Source: Bacteroidia bacterium (GTDB lineage Bacteria > Bacteroidota > Bacteroidia > M30B66). Taken from it: a stretch of 64,000 bases of DNA. Below are positions 41,129 to 50,659 of this stretch, in pieces. Both the position numbers and the translations under genes were made by a program. The notes under the pieces were generated by a model. It made no database searches. It was not told where the DNA came from and saw only the letters and a list, made by a program, of their open reading frames with translations. The stretch lies in NCBI GenBank assembly GCA_965279035.1, contig OZ257142.1, positions 1,600,001-1,664,000 of the forward strand. The letters are read 5' to 3'. The number at the start of each line of letters is the position of its first letter. Within the stretch, counting starts at the first letter, position 1.

Positions 41129-42061
41129 ATGAATATTCTCTTTGCTGACACCGCCCATCCATTTCTCGAAGAAGCCTTAACAAAAGCAGGACATACCTGT
41201 TTTTATGATCCTGAACTGAATCGTAGCAAGGCTATGGAGATTTTGAATCAATACGATGGAGTGGTAATTCGGAGTCGTTTTAAGTTTGATAGGGAACTTT
41301 TGGATGCCGGGAAAAATCTTCGCTTTATCGCACGGGTAGGGGCGGGCATGGAAAATATAGATCAAGCCTATGCAGAATCCTTGGGAATTGTGTGTTTGAA
41401 TGCACCCGAAGGCAACCGAAATGCCGTGGCAGAGCAGGCTTTAGGTATGTTACTGATGTTATTCAATAACCTGTTACGCGCAGATGCCGAAGTGCGAAAA
41501 GGTATTTGGATTCGGGAAGAAAATCGGGGCGTTGAATTATGCGGGAAAACGCTTGCTATTATCGGCTATGGCAATACCGGAAGCACCTTTGCCAAGCGTT
41601 TGCGTGGTTTTGATGTGAAGGTCTTAGCGGTTGATCCTTACAAAAACGGATTTGGTGATGAATTCGTTCAAGAATCTACCATGGACGAAGTTTTTCGCGA
41701 AGCCGATGTGGTTAGCCTGCACATTCCTTTAACGGATGAAACACGGTATTTAGTAAATGAAAACTGGCTGAATCGTTTCGAAAAGAACATCTATCTCATC
41801 AACACCGCCCGTGGAAAATGTCTCAACACCGCCGATATAGTCAAGGCGTTAAATTCGGGAAAAGTCTTAGGTGCAGCGCTCGATGTGCTCGAATATGAAA
41901 CTGTTTCGTTCGAACAATTAGATCAGATTCCTGCTCCTTTGCAAGCATTAATTGATAGTGATAAGACCGTTCTTAGTCCGCACATTGCCGGCTGGACGCA
42001 TGAATCGAATCGGAAAATGGCGGAGATACTGGTTGGGAAGATTGGGGAGTTGGGGGTTTGA
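41129..42061 (+). CDS. D-isomer-specific 2-hydroxyacid dehydrogenase (SerA-like)
   Basis: ARVGAGMENID, AVAE, IIGYGNTG, INTARG, LDVLE, SPHIAG. Confidence 0.88.
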   Translation: MNILFADTAHPFLEEALTKAGHTCFYDPELNRSKAMEILNQYDGVVIRSRFKFDRELLDAGKNLRFIARVGAGMENIDQAYAESLGIVCLNAPEGNRNAVAEQALGMLLMLFNNLLRADAEVRKGIWIREENRGVELCGKTLAIIGYGNTGSTFAKRLRGFDVKVLAVDPYKNGFGDEFVQESTMDEVFREADVVSLHIPLTDETRYLVNENWLNRFEKNIYLINTARGKCLNTADIVKALNSGKVLGAALDVLEYETVSFEQLDQIPAPLQALIDSDKTVLSPHIAGWTHESNRKMAEILVGKIGELGV

Positions 42062-42343
42062 TATACGATGTACGATATACGTATTACGAAAATTTCGGGA
42101 GGACGGGCATTCGTTGACCTCACCCCCGACCCCTCTCCTCGGGAGAGGGGAGTTTTAATTCGTGAAATTTGAAGCTTTGCAGTTTTTCTCGTACATCGTA
42201 AATCGTACAGCGAAGCGATCGTAAATCTTAATCCGATGTACGATGTACGATATACGTATTACGATTTTTTCGGGAGGACGGGCATTCGTTGACCTCACCC
42301 CCAGCCCCTCTCCTCGGGAGAGGGGAGTTTTAATTCGTGAAAT
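42060..42343. repeat. Direct duplication of a ~109-bp unit (175-bp period) containing TACGA(T/N)N heptamers and a REP-like hairpin
   Basis: 42060-42168 and 42235-42343 nearly identical; each has CCCCTCTCC-TCG-GGAGAGGGG; spacer carries inverted ATCGTA heptamers. Confidence 0.92.
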
Positions 42344-42360
42344 ATTGAACTTTTAATTCC

Positions 42361-43419
42361 TTATTCGTGCATAACGATAAATCGTTCTTGCTGCTGTTTG
42401 CCATCTGAACCTTGGATGCTTAGCCAATACGTGCCATTTGCTAAATGCTGGGTGTTTAATTGGAAATTTTCAAACTCATGCAGGGCTATTTTCTGGATTA
42501 ATCTACCCGATAGATCATTCAGAAATAATAGGGCTCCAGGTTTAATAGCTGAACTTTGAATGGTGAGTGAGGTGTTGGATGGATTTGGGTAAATGTGAAT
42601 TAAACTCTGTTTTTCAATTTCATTAATCACTACCGCACTATCACAATTGATACTATCCAAACACACCAATGAAATATTATCTAAAAGACCATATGAATCT
42701 GATGATTCTCCTCCTCCATTAGATCTAATCCATCCAAATTCATAGGTAGTTTCATTGTGATTCTTGAAATTACCGATTGTCAGATAGTTTCCGACTACTT
42801 TGGCAATAAATTCTTTGGAATAATGCATCCAGTTTGTCGAGTCAGATTGAAGTAATTCATCAAAGTAAACTATCGCAGAATCAAGTAAATTCGGGAAATA
42901 GTGTTCATTTACATAGGAAGCTGAATCTGGAATATTGATACTATCTCCAGAAAATCCCAAACCTAGATAATTACACTTATAAGAATTATATTCACCAAAG
43001 ACGAAATCAAACGATAACCTGTATTTCTTTCCTGTAAAAACTGGTTTTGATAACACTGTTTGAATAAATTCTCTATCGAACCCTTGTTCGGTAAATCCAC
43101 CAAGCCCTATACCTGCGTAACCATTTCCTGAATCAGGTTGCTGATAACCTTGAAAACTCCAAGGAACACTTAATGGCATTTGAGCACAGATTTGAAACAA
43201 ATCTGGAGAGCAGAATCGACTTGTATCACCTTCCCATACAGGATTTCTCCAACCAACTGCAAATTGCACTGAAGAAGCCCTTACACCGGATGAAGTAGGA
43301 AGTATATAGGGGCATTCGTGCAATACTTCAAACGATCCATTCTGAATCAAATTCACCTGTGCTATTCCACCTCGGCAGTTAATCAATAAAAAACAGGCTA
43401 AGCAGAATTTCAACTTCAT
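42361..43419 (-). CDS. T9SS type A cargo protein (carbohydrate-binding-like jelly-roll N-terminus)
   Basis: QVNLIQNGSFE..SPD..GNGYAG..REFIQ..TIGNF..LDNISL; CTD IYPNPS..NGTYWL. Confidence 0.8.
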   Translation of the reverse strand: MKLKFCLACFLLINCRGGIAQVNLIQNGSFEVLHECPYILPTSSGVRASSVQFAVGWRNPVWEGDTSRFCSPDLFQICAQMPLSVPWSFQGYQQPDSGNGYAGIGLGGFTEQGFDREFIQTVLSKPVFTGKKYRLSFDFVFGEYNSYKCNYLGLGFSGDSINIPDSASYVNEHYFPNLLDSAIVYFDELLQSDSTNWMHYSKEFIAKVVGNYLTIGNFKNHNETTYEFGWIRSNGGGESSDSYGLLDNISLVCLDSINCDSAVVINEIEKQSLIHIYPNPSNTSLTIQSSAIKPGALLFLNDLSGRLIQKIALHEFENFQLNTQHLANGTYWLSIQGSDGKQQQERFIVMHE

Positions 43420-43497
43420 TGGTGTAGTTTGAATATTATGGATTTGAATTTCATGCTGTTTCAGGTGTATAACAATAATACAAAATAGTACTCATCC

Positions 43498-43600
43498 CGC
43501 GACAGGGATTGCAGCCATTACCGCTTTTGAACCGAAGGTGAAAATTAGTAGAGGCGGAAAGCCCGGTGCTTTTGGAGTGAAGCAGAAAAAGGAGGCGCCC
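43498..43600 (+). ncRNA. Possible Flavo-1-like structured intergenic RNA/repeat motif
   Basis: AGGGATTGCAGC...GGCGGAAAGCCCGG...GGCGCCC, a GC-rich island in AT-rich intergenic DNA; family name is from memory only. Confidence 0.4.
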
Positions 43601-43643
43601 TAGGTTAGTACTAAGATTTATGTATTAAGTATTAAGAAAGGGG

Positions 43644-43732
<89 letters not shown>

Positions 43733-43836
43733 TGTCCTTGCCTAAAATAGGTTGACTTTTTATTATCACTTTCTACTTTGTTAAAGTAGTTTATTGTTTG
43801 TTGTTTTAAGTTTCTTTTTTGGTTCTTTTTTCTTTG

Positions 43837-44703
43837 TTAAGAAGTTGTATTTCTGTTGATATTTCCTGAATTCCAGTTATATATGGTCATAGAAGGATTT
43901 TGATTTCTTTGGTTATTCACTTTTTCATATTCAGTAGGTGTTAGCATGCCTAATTCACTGTGTGGTCGTTCATTATTGTAAAGATCCATTGCCTTTTTTG
44001 CCATCTCATTGAGATTGCTTTTGGTTAGATTCCATTGAAGTAAGTACTCGTTTTTTATGATGCCATTTATTCGTTCAACATAAGCATTTTCTTGTGCTAT
44101 TGACGCCATACTGATTCGTATTCCTTTGCTTTTTAGCATCTCTTTATGCATCGTGCTGATGTATTGTGAACCTCGATCAGAATGAAAAATGCAATTATCT
44201 AAATCGTGCCCTTTCCTTATTTTAAAGGCTTTTCTAAGTGCTTTGATATTTTCCTCCGCTCTTAAGCTTGGAGACAGATGTAGAGCTAATAAGCGCCTTG
44301 AATAGACATCTTCAATACAGATTCCATAATGATGTGCATGCTCTACATCGAGATAAAATATGTCAGATTGCCAAAGCATATTCACATCATTAATCGTTAT
44401 TCCATTTATCAGATTGTCATATATCTCAACGCGTTGAGACCAAGTCGTTCGTATTGGATTTCTCTTCTTCTTAACCTTATATCCGTACCTAAAACCAATC
44501 CGCTCAAAAGCATCCCTACCTATTGGATGGCGTTGTGGATCCATAAAATAGATCTTTCTACAACCCATTTGGCGATGATTATGACGCACTTTTGATATGT
44601 AACGAACGATACTTTCTTCCACCTTTAATTGGTCGCGACTTCGTCTTTCACTCTTCCAAAGTGCTTGCTTACTAAGGCCTGCCACTTCTAACAGACTCTT
44701 CAT
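43837..44703 (-). CDS. IS3-family transposase OrfB (rve DDE core)
   Basis: WQSDIFY, DVYSR, FHSDRGSQY, ENAYVERINGIIKNE, YNNERPHSELG. Confidence 0.95.
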   Translation of the reverse strand: MKSLLEVAGLSKQALWKSERRSRDQLKVEESIVRYISKVRHNHRQMGCRKIYFMDPQRHPIGRDAFERIGFRYGYKVKKKRNPIRTTWSQRVEIYDNLINGITINDVNMLWQSDIFYLDVEHAHHYGICIEDVYSRRLLALHLSPSLRAEENIKALRKAFKIRKGHDLDNCIFHSDRGSQYISTMHKEMLKSKGIRISMASIAQENAYVERINGIIKNEYLLQWNLTKSNLNEMAKKAMDLYNNERPHSELGMLTPTEYEKVNNQRNQNPSMTIYNWNSGNINRNTTS

Positions 44704-45122
44704 TTTGTACCCGTGCTTTTGTCCTTTTGTGGATCGGAACCAGAGTAAGGCTGGTTTAATAAATTTTTTTTTAAATCAGTTTGGAACTCCTCATTTGCTA
44801 ACTCAATGACCTTGCTCAATAAATCAAGTTCCATCTGTTTTCGGCCCAATGCGGCTTCCAATTCACGGATGCGCTGCTCAAGCTCTTTGCTTTTGTATGA
44901 TTCGCTTTGCACTTCCACTACTAAGATTTTTCCTCTCTTCAAATATCGACTATATTGATAAATCCATCGATAAACTGAAGTTATTGTTACTCCTAGTTCC
45001 TGGGCTACTTTAGATACTGAAGCCACTCCGGATTCAATATCCTTAACTGTTTGACGCTTTAATTCTTCACTAAAAACTCTTCGTGGCCGAATTACTTCTT
45101 TGCGATTTAAATGCTTTTTCAT
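44700..45122 (-). CDS. IS3-family transposase OrfA (HTH)
   Basis: RRVFSEELKR..VAQELGV..VYRW HTH plus leucine zipper; A9 slippery run near the 3' end. Confidence 0.92.
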   Translation of the reverse strand: MKKHLNRKEVIRPRRVFSEELKRQTVKDIESGVASVSKVAQELGVTITSVYRWIYQYSRYLKRGKILVVEVQSESYKSKELEQRIRELEAALGRKQMELDLLSKVIELANEEFQTDLKKNLLNQPYSGSDPQKDKSTGTK

Positions 45123-45263
45123 GTCCCGTTTTTTAAGTTGATTTTGGTCAACCTATTTCAGTCACGGACAAGTAAAAAGTAGAAAGGAGAAAGTGTTGCT
45201 AGGTGTTATAAATCAGCAGTTCAGTAAAATCTTAATACTCTATACTCTTTACTTATTACTCTG

Positions 45264-46505
45264 CTAGCATCTTTCTGCTATGGCATTTCCGGCGACGAAG
45301 CCGCTCGACCAGGCGTGTTGGAAATTGAAGCCTCCGGTGATGCCATCGACGTCGAGGATTTCGCCGGCGAAGAAGATTCCAGGGAGTTTGCGCGACATGC
45401 AGGTTTGTGAATCGATTTCTTTAAGGGAAATGCCGCCACAGGTGACAAATTCGTCTTTAAAGGTGGTTTTGCCGTTTATTGGATAGGCGTCGGCGCATAA
45501 GGTGGTGATGAGTGCGTTGAAGGATTTGGAAGAAATATCGGCCCATTTCATATCGGTTGCAATGCCGGCACGGTCGCAGAGTGCGTCCCATAAACGTTGA
45601 GGTAAAGCGTCGAAAATGCGTGAATGAACCTGTTTCTTTGCAGAGGAGATGCGCAGTTTTCTTAGCCATTCACGTACTTCTTCTTCGGTTAATTCGGGAA
45701 GCCAATGGATGCGAATGGTTGTTTGATAGTTTTTTTGCTCCAATTCGCGCGCTCCCCAAGCAGAACAGCGCAAAACAGCTGGTCCGCTAAAGCCCCAATG
45801 GGTAATGAGCATGGGACCGGTTTCTTGCAATTTGCTGCCATCGACCCGAATGCGAACGGTTGCTGCCAAGCCCATCAAGTCCTTGAGCGGATGATTGGGA
45901 ATGTTAAACGTGAATAAACTTGGAACGGGATCGACCACCTCAAAACCTAAATCCATGAGCCATTGAAATCCTTCTTTTTTAGGATGTCCGCCACTGGCGA
46001 TGAGGATATTTTTGCACGTCAACGTTTGTTTATCGGTGACCAAAGTAAACCCAGTTTCGAGCGGTGTTATTTGCTCCACACTTTCTTGCAGACTGATTTT
46101 AAGTCCCAATGAATCGGCTTCGTTCATCAAGCAATCGATGATGCTTTGTGAAGAATCCGAAACTGGAAACATACGTCCATCTTCTTCGGCTTTTATAGCC
46201 ACGCCGCGTTCTTCGAACCAACGAACGGTGTCGTCTTGTCCAAATTGATGCAACAAACGAAACACATGTTTCTCGCCTCGCGGATAGCGTTTGGAAAACT
46301 CTTTTTTGTCGGACAAACTATTGGTCACATTGCATCTTCCGCCACCCGAAACCTTGACTTTCGCCAGCAATTTAGCCGATTTCTCAATTAACAATACACG
46401 TACTTTGGGTTTTCGACTCAAGGTTTGAAGTGCCCCGAAAAATCCAGCAGCTCCTCCACCAATCACCACTAAGTCGAAAGTATATTCAGCTGTTTTTTTG
46501 CTCAT
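45264..46505 (-). CDS. HI0933/BaiN family NAD(P)/FAD-dependent oxidoreductase
   Basis: IGGGAAG, KVKVSGGGRCNVTN, GRMFP, THWGFSGP, VTCGG, GEILDVDGITGGFNFQ; start uncertain (46505-46523). Confidence 0.92.
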   Translation of the reverse strand: MSKKTAEYTFDLVVIGGGAAGFFGALQTLSRKPKVRVLLIEKSAKLLAKVKVSGGGRCNVTNSLSDKKEFSKRYPRGEKHVFRLLHQFGQDDTVRWFEERGVAIKAEEDGRMFPVSDSSQSIIDCLMNEADSLGLKISLQESVEQITPLETGFTLVTDKQTLTCKNILIASGGHPKKEGFQWLMDLGFEVVDPVPSLFTFNIPNHPLKDLMGLAATVRIRVDGSKLQETGPMLITHWGFSGPAVLRCSAWGARELEQKNYQTTIRIHWLPELTEEEVREWLRKLRISSAKKQVHSRIFDALPQRLWDALCDRAGIATDMKWADISSKSFNALITTLCADAYPINGKTTFKDEFVTCGGISLKEIDSQTCMSRKLPGIFFAGEILDVDGITGGFNFQHAWSSGFVAGNAIAERC

Positions 46506-46612
46506 TACATTATTCATTAACATCTATTAACATTTCACATGTTCAGCGAACGGCGAAGTTCTGTATTTTTAAATGTTTTCATTGTTTTTCATTTTTGTTT
46601 CTGATTATCAGT

Positions 46613-46649
46613 TAAACTCTCGGTCTTCCCGCCGGGAGTTTTTTATTTT
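46613..46649 (+). terminator. Intrinsic terminator-like hairpin
   Basis: AAACTCTCGG-N-CCGGGAGTTT followed by a T-rich tail; no obvious plus-strand gene ends here. Confidence 0.45.
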
Positions 46650-46797
46650 CTGTGGATGAAGGCAATTTTCGAATCCCAATCAGAGCTTGAATCTAAGTCA
46701 AGAGCATCCATTAACATACGAATTGTTCCTGTTTTCAAGTGATTGAAAAAAAGCAGAACTCAAAATCATTCCTCATCCGAACAAGTCTTTTTTTCCG

Positions 46798-46805
46798 TAC
46801 GTTTG
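46798..46805 (+). promoter_or_regulatory. Bacteroidota -7 promoter box for sucD
   Basis: TACGTTTG 23 bp before ATG 46829. Confidence 0.6.
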
Positions 46806-46828
46806 CCCCCGAAATTTCGAACATACTC

Positions 46829-47701
46829 ATGAGCGTTTTAGTCAACAAAAACAGTAAAATCATAGTACAAGGATTTACCGGTAGCGAAGGAACATTTCAC
46901 GCCGGACAAATGATCGATTACGGTACACAGGTAGTTGGTGGAGTAACTCCAGGAAAAGGAGGAAGTTCTCATCTTGACCGTCCCGTTTTCAATACAGTAG
47001 CCGAAGCGGTTTCTAAAACAGGCGCTGATGTGTCTATCATTTTCGTTCCACCAGCATTTGCTGCCGATGCGATTATGGAAGCTGCCGATGCTGGAATTAA
47101 AGTGATTATCTGCATCACCGAAGGAATTCCGGTGAAAGATATGATCATGGCGAAGGAATATTTGAATGGGAAAGAGTGTCGCTTGATTGGACCAAATTGT
47201 CCGGGAGTGATTACTCCAGAAGAAGCGAAAGTGGGCATTATGCCAGGATTTGTGTTTAAGAAAGGGAAAGTGGGAATTGTTTCTAAATCGGGAACATTGA
47301 CTTACGAAGCTGCCGATCAAGTGGTGAAAGCCGGAATGGGAATTTCTACAGCGATTGGAATTGGTGGAGATCCGATTATTGGAACGACTACTTTAGAAGC
47401 TGTTCAACTATTGATGGCTGATCCAGAAACTGCCGGTATTGTTATGATTGGCGAGATTGGTGGAAATTTAGAAGCTGATGCTGCTCGTTGGATTAAAGCT
47501 AACGGAACTAAACCCGTTGTAGGATTTATTGCTGGTAAAACGGCTCCTGCTGGTCGTCGTATGGGTCACGCCGGTGCTATTGTTGGCGGTGCAGATGATA
47601 CAGCCGAAGCAAAAATGCGCATCATGCGTGAATGTGGAATTACGGTAGTTGATTCGCCTGCAGTCATTGGTATTACTATGGCTCAAGTGCTTAATAATTA
47701 A
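46829..47701 (+). CDS. sucD: Succinyl-CoA synthetase subunit alpha
   Basis: MSVLVNK, VQGFTG, VGGVTPGKGG, IGPNCPG, SKSGTLTYE, GIGGDP, RMGHAGA (phospho-His). Confidence 0.97.
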   Translation: MSVLVNKNSKIIVQGFTGSEGTFHAGQMIDYGTQVVGGVTPGKGGSSHLDRPVFNTVAEAVSKTGADVSIIFVPPAFAADAIMEAADAGIKVIICITEGIPVKDMIMAKEYLNGKECRLIGPNCPGVITPEEAKVGIMPGFVFKKGKVGIVSKSGTLTYEAADQVVKAGMGISTAIGIGGDPIIGTTTLEAVQLLMADPETAGIVMIGEIGGNLEADAARWIKANGTKPVVGFIAGKTAPAGRRMGHAGAIVGGADDTAEAKMRIMRECGITVVDSPAVIGITMAQVLNN

Positions 47702-47712
47702 TTGATTCTAAC

Positions 47713-48221
47713 TAACCTTCTTTTCGGTTGAATTAACAGTTTATTATTTCATATCAATCTATGAAATAAGGCTGTTAAAGCATCTTATCATTCAATCATT
47801 CATGATTGTCTACGACGTGTTACTTTCTTGTCTTGAAACAAGAATTAACCAACGGCGAAGCCCTCATGAGTACCTTTGAAAAATAAACACTTGCGAATAA
47901 AGAAGTTCAAGTCTGGACGATGCTGCTTGCGCGCAGTTATATTCACTAAACGACCTCACCCCCAACCCCTCTCCTCGAGGAGAGGGGAGCTTGATTGTCC
48001 TAAATGGAAAGTCCCTCTCCCGTGGAGAGGGATTTAGGGAGAGGTCAACGCTGGGAAACACACCCTCGCCGCCCAGACATAGCCTTCGAACTGATCCGTT
48101 TCTAAACCTAAAAATAGGTTAATATAATTTTATATAATAGTCATCTACTTACCTTGAGAATTGGACTTGTTATAAGAATCAATGAAGAATAATATTAAAT
48201 TTTAAACTGCTCAACAGGTTA
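47713..48221. repeat. Dispersed non-coding element, copy 2 (inverted relative to copy 1; carries a ~49-bp insert and a nested REP pair)
   Basis: Shares TTACTTTCTTGTCTTGAAACAAGAA, AAAGAAGTTCAAGTCTGGACGATGCTGC and GAAACACACCCTCGCCGCCCAGACA with the reverse complement of 19656-20044; arms alignable but more diverged. Confidence 0.85.
47952..48046. repeat. Inverted pair of REP-like GACCTCACCCC..CCCCTCTCC..GGAGAGGG units
   Basis: 47952-47989 forward and 48012-48046 inverted; same family as 42116-42152 and 42291-42327. Confidence 0.9.
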
Positions 48222-48326
48222 TAACTTTTATAATTAATGCCTGTTCTTATCCATCGTGTTTTTCTATTTCTATAAGTCACCAAGTAAACGCGTTTTTTGA
48301 CGTTACTTTGCACCTTACATACTACC

Positions 48327-49679
48327 ATGACAACATCTTTGGAAGCGCTTTCACCCATCGACGGTCGATATTTACGCTATACCACTTCATTACGCGCTTA
48401 TTTTTCTGAACTCGCTTTGTTTAAATATCGGGTTCAGGTTGAAGTAGAATACCTCATTGCTTTATCGGAAATTGGATTGAAGGGATTTGAACCGTTTTCG
48501 GATTCGGAGAAGCAGCAGCTTCGATTGATTTATCAAGGATTTGGAAAGGATCATGGTGCCGCGATTAAGGAAATTGAGAAGCGTACCAATCACGATATTA
48601 AGGCGGTTGAATATTTCATCAAGGAACAGCTGGAACAACTTGGATTAGGGGCGAAAATGGAATGGGTACATTTCGGATTAACCTCGCAGGATATCAATAA
48701 CACCGCAATTCCACTTTCGATGAAAGAAGCGGCTGAGCAAGTTATTTTCCCCGCTTTAGAAGAATTATGTGCTGAGTTGAAAAAGCTTGCAAACACTTGG
48801 AAAGACTTGCCGATGCTCGCTCGTACACACGGACAGGCGGCTTCACCCACTACTTTAGGAAAAGAGATTTACGTTTTTGCCGAGCGAATTGAGATTCAAA
48901 TTCATCAATTAAAGCAAACTGTTTGGGCGGCAAAATTTGGCGGTGCAACTGGGAATTTCAATGCGCATCATGTGGCTTTTCCTACGACCGATTGGTTGAA
49001 TTTTGCCCATGGATTTGTGAGTTCGCTTGGATTGTCGCGAAGCCGCACCACGACTCAGATTGAGCATTATGATCATCTGGCTGCATATTGCCAGAATATG
49101 ATGCGTGTGCACACCATACTCATCGATTTTTGTCGGGATATTTGGATGTATATCTCGATGGAATATTTCAGTCAGCGAGTAAATCCGGGTGAGACGGGTT
49201 CTTCGGCCATGCCACATAAAGTGAATCCGATTGATTTCGAAAATGCCGAAGGAAATTTGGGAATTGCGAATGCCTTGTTAGATCATTTTGCTCAAAAGCT
49301 TCCTATTTCTCGACTTCAGCGCGATTTAACGGATTCAACCGTGTTGCGAAATATCGGAGTTCCATTTGCGCATAGTTTAATTTCGATTCATTCGATTCAG
49401 CGTGGATTAGGGAAACTTTTATTGAATGAATCAGCCATTGCAGCCGATTTGAATCATCATACAGCGGTGATTGCCGAAGCCATCCAAACCATTTTGCGTC
49501 GCGAAGGATATCCTCAACCATACGAAGCGCTGAAAGGTTTAACACGAGGGAATAACACGATTGATTTACCACTCATTCACGAATTCATCCGAAACTTAAA
49601 TGTGAGTGATTCCGTGAAAGCGGAATTGTTTCAAATTACTCCAGCCAATTACACCGGAATTATTCGATTCGAGGCATGA
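48327..49679 (+). CDS. purB: Adenylosuccinate lyase
   Basis: ALSPIDGRY, TNHDIKAVEY, HFGLTSQDINN, ARTHGQ, GSSAMPHKVNPIDFENAEGN. Confidence 0.97.
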   Translation: MTTSLEALSPIDGRYLRYTTSLRAYFSELALFKYRVQVEVEYLIALSEIGLKGFEPFSDSEKQQLRLIYQGFGKDHGAAIKEIEKRTNHDIKAVEYFIKEQLEQLGLGAKMEWVHFGLTSQDINNTAIPLSMKEAAEQVIFPALEELCAELKKLANTWKDLPMLARTHGQAASPTTLGKEIYVFAERIEIQIHQLKQTVWAAKFGGATGNFNAHHVAFPTTDWLNFAHGFVSSLGLSRSRTTTQIEHYDHLAAYCQNMMRVHTILIDFCRDIWMYISMEYFSQRVNPGETGSSAMPHKVNPIDFENAEGNLGIANALLDHFAQKLPISRLQRDLTDSTVLRNIGVPFAHSLISIHSIQRGLGKLLLNESAIAADLNHHTAVIAEAIQTILRREGYPQPYEALKGLTRGNNTIDLPLIHEFIRNLNVSDSVKAELFQITPANYTGIIRFEA

Positions 49680-50548
49680 AAGTAAGCGGTTTCACCTTTA
49701 TCCGGAACGCTGTAAAATTCGATTATCCGGTTGTTGAAGCGATTACTTCTGTCTTGCCGATGGTGGATGAATTTATCGTCATGGCGGGCAATTCGGAAGA
49801 TTGTACTAATGAATTAATTGCCTCTATTCCTTCCGATAAGATTAAGATTTTCCACTCGGTTTGGGATGATCGTTTACGCAGCGGTGGCCGAGTACTAGCA
49901 TTAGAAACCGATAAAGCCATGGAGCACATTTCGGTTGATAATGATTGGGCTTTTTACATTCAAGCCGATGAGGTGGTGCATGAAAAATACCATGCTCAAG
50001 CTCTTGAAAGTATGCGACATTGGAAGGATGATAAACGTGTTGAAGGCTTGCTTTTTAACTACACCCATTTTTATGGATCGTACGATTTCATTGGCGATTC
50101 GAGACGTTGGTACCGGAAAGAAGTACGCATTATTCGACCGCATATTGGTGTTCAATCTTGGAAAGATGCGCAAGGCTTTCGGATTGATGGCAAACCATTG
50201 AAGGTAAAGGAAAGCGGAGCTAGTATATATCATTACGGTTGGGTGAAGCCACCGGAACAACAACAAGCCAAGCAAGAATATTTTCATAAACTCTGGCACG
50301 ACGACCAGTGGATGAAAGAGAACATTCCCGACGTAGCTGAATTTGATTATTCGAGTATTGATTCGGTGGCTCGATTTGAGGGCACTCATCCATCGGTGAT
50401 GCAAGCCCGAGTTGACCGCCAGAACTGGAAAGTAAACATCGATCCAGCTAAGAAGAAGCTATCATTTCGTTATCAATTCTTGTTGTTTATCGAGCGACTT
50501 ACAGGATGGCGCGCGGGTGAATACAAGAACTACCGAATCCTGAAATAG
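49676..50548 (+). CDS. Glycosyltransferase, GT2-like
   Basis: SGFTFIRNA..DYP, YIQADE, HFYGSY, YHYGWV. Confidence 0.8.
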   Translation: MKVSGFTFIRNAVKFDYPVVEAITSVLPMVDEFIVMAGNSEDCTNELIASIPSDKIKIFHSVWDDRLRSGGRVLALETDKAMEHISVDNDWAFYIQADEVVHEKYHAQALESMRHWKDDKRVEGLLFNYTHFYGSYDFIGDSRRWYRKEVRIIRPHIGVQSWKDAQGFRIDGKPLKVKESGASIYHYGWVKPPEQQQAKQEYFHKLWHDDQWMKENIPDVAEFDYSSIDSVARFEGTHPSVMQARVDRQNWKVNIDPAKKKLSFRYQFLLFIERLTGWRAGEYKNYRILK

Positions 50549-50635
50549 CGATTTTTTCCAGTTATCGACTAAGTTTCAAACAGCACTGTTCATATTCATT
50601 TGCTGTTTCGACTATGTTCCGCTTGGTGCTTTTCG

Positions 50636-50643
50636 TAGGTTTG
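50636..50643 (+). promoter_or_regulatory. Bacteroidota -7 promoter box for purL
   Basis: TAGGTTTG 16 bp before the ATG. Confidence 0.6.
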
Positions 50644-50659
50644 CAAACCGATCTTCGTC

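Larger units (their letters stand above)
43733..45170 (-). mobile_element. Complete IS3-family insertion sequence
   Basis: TG...CA ends; imperfect 24-bp TIR TGTCCTTGCCTAAAATAGGTTGAC / GTCAACCTATTTCAGTCACGGACA; 3-bp duplication AGT on both sides. Confidence 0.95.

Noticed and set aside
42060-42343. Possible CRISPR array
   Set aside because: Only two long (~109 bp) units, no series of unique spacers and no cas genes.
47864-48061. 65-aa ORF in the track
   Set aside because: It lies wholly within the repeat element and REP pair, giving a translation artefact (PSPRGEGLG); the same applies to ORFs 41923-42123 and 41952-42158.
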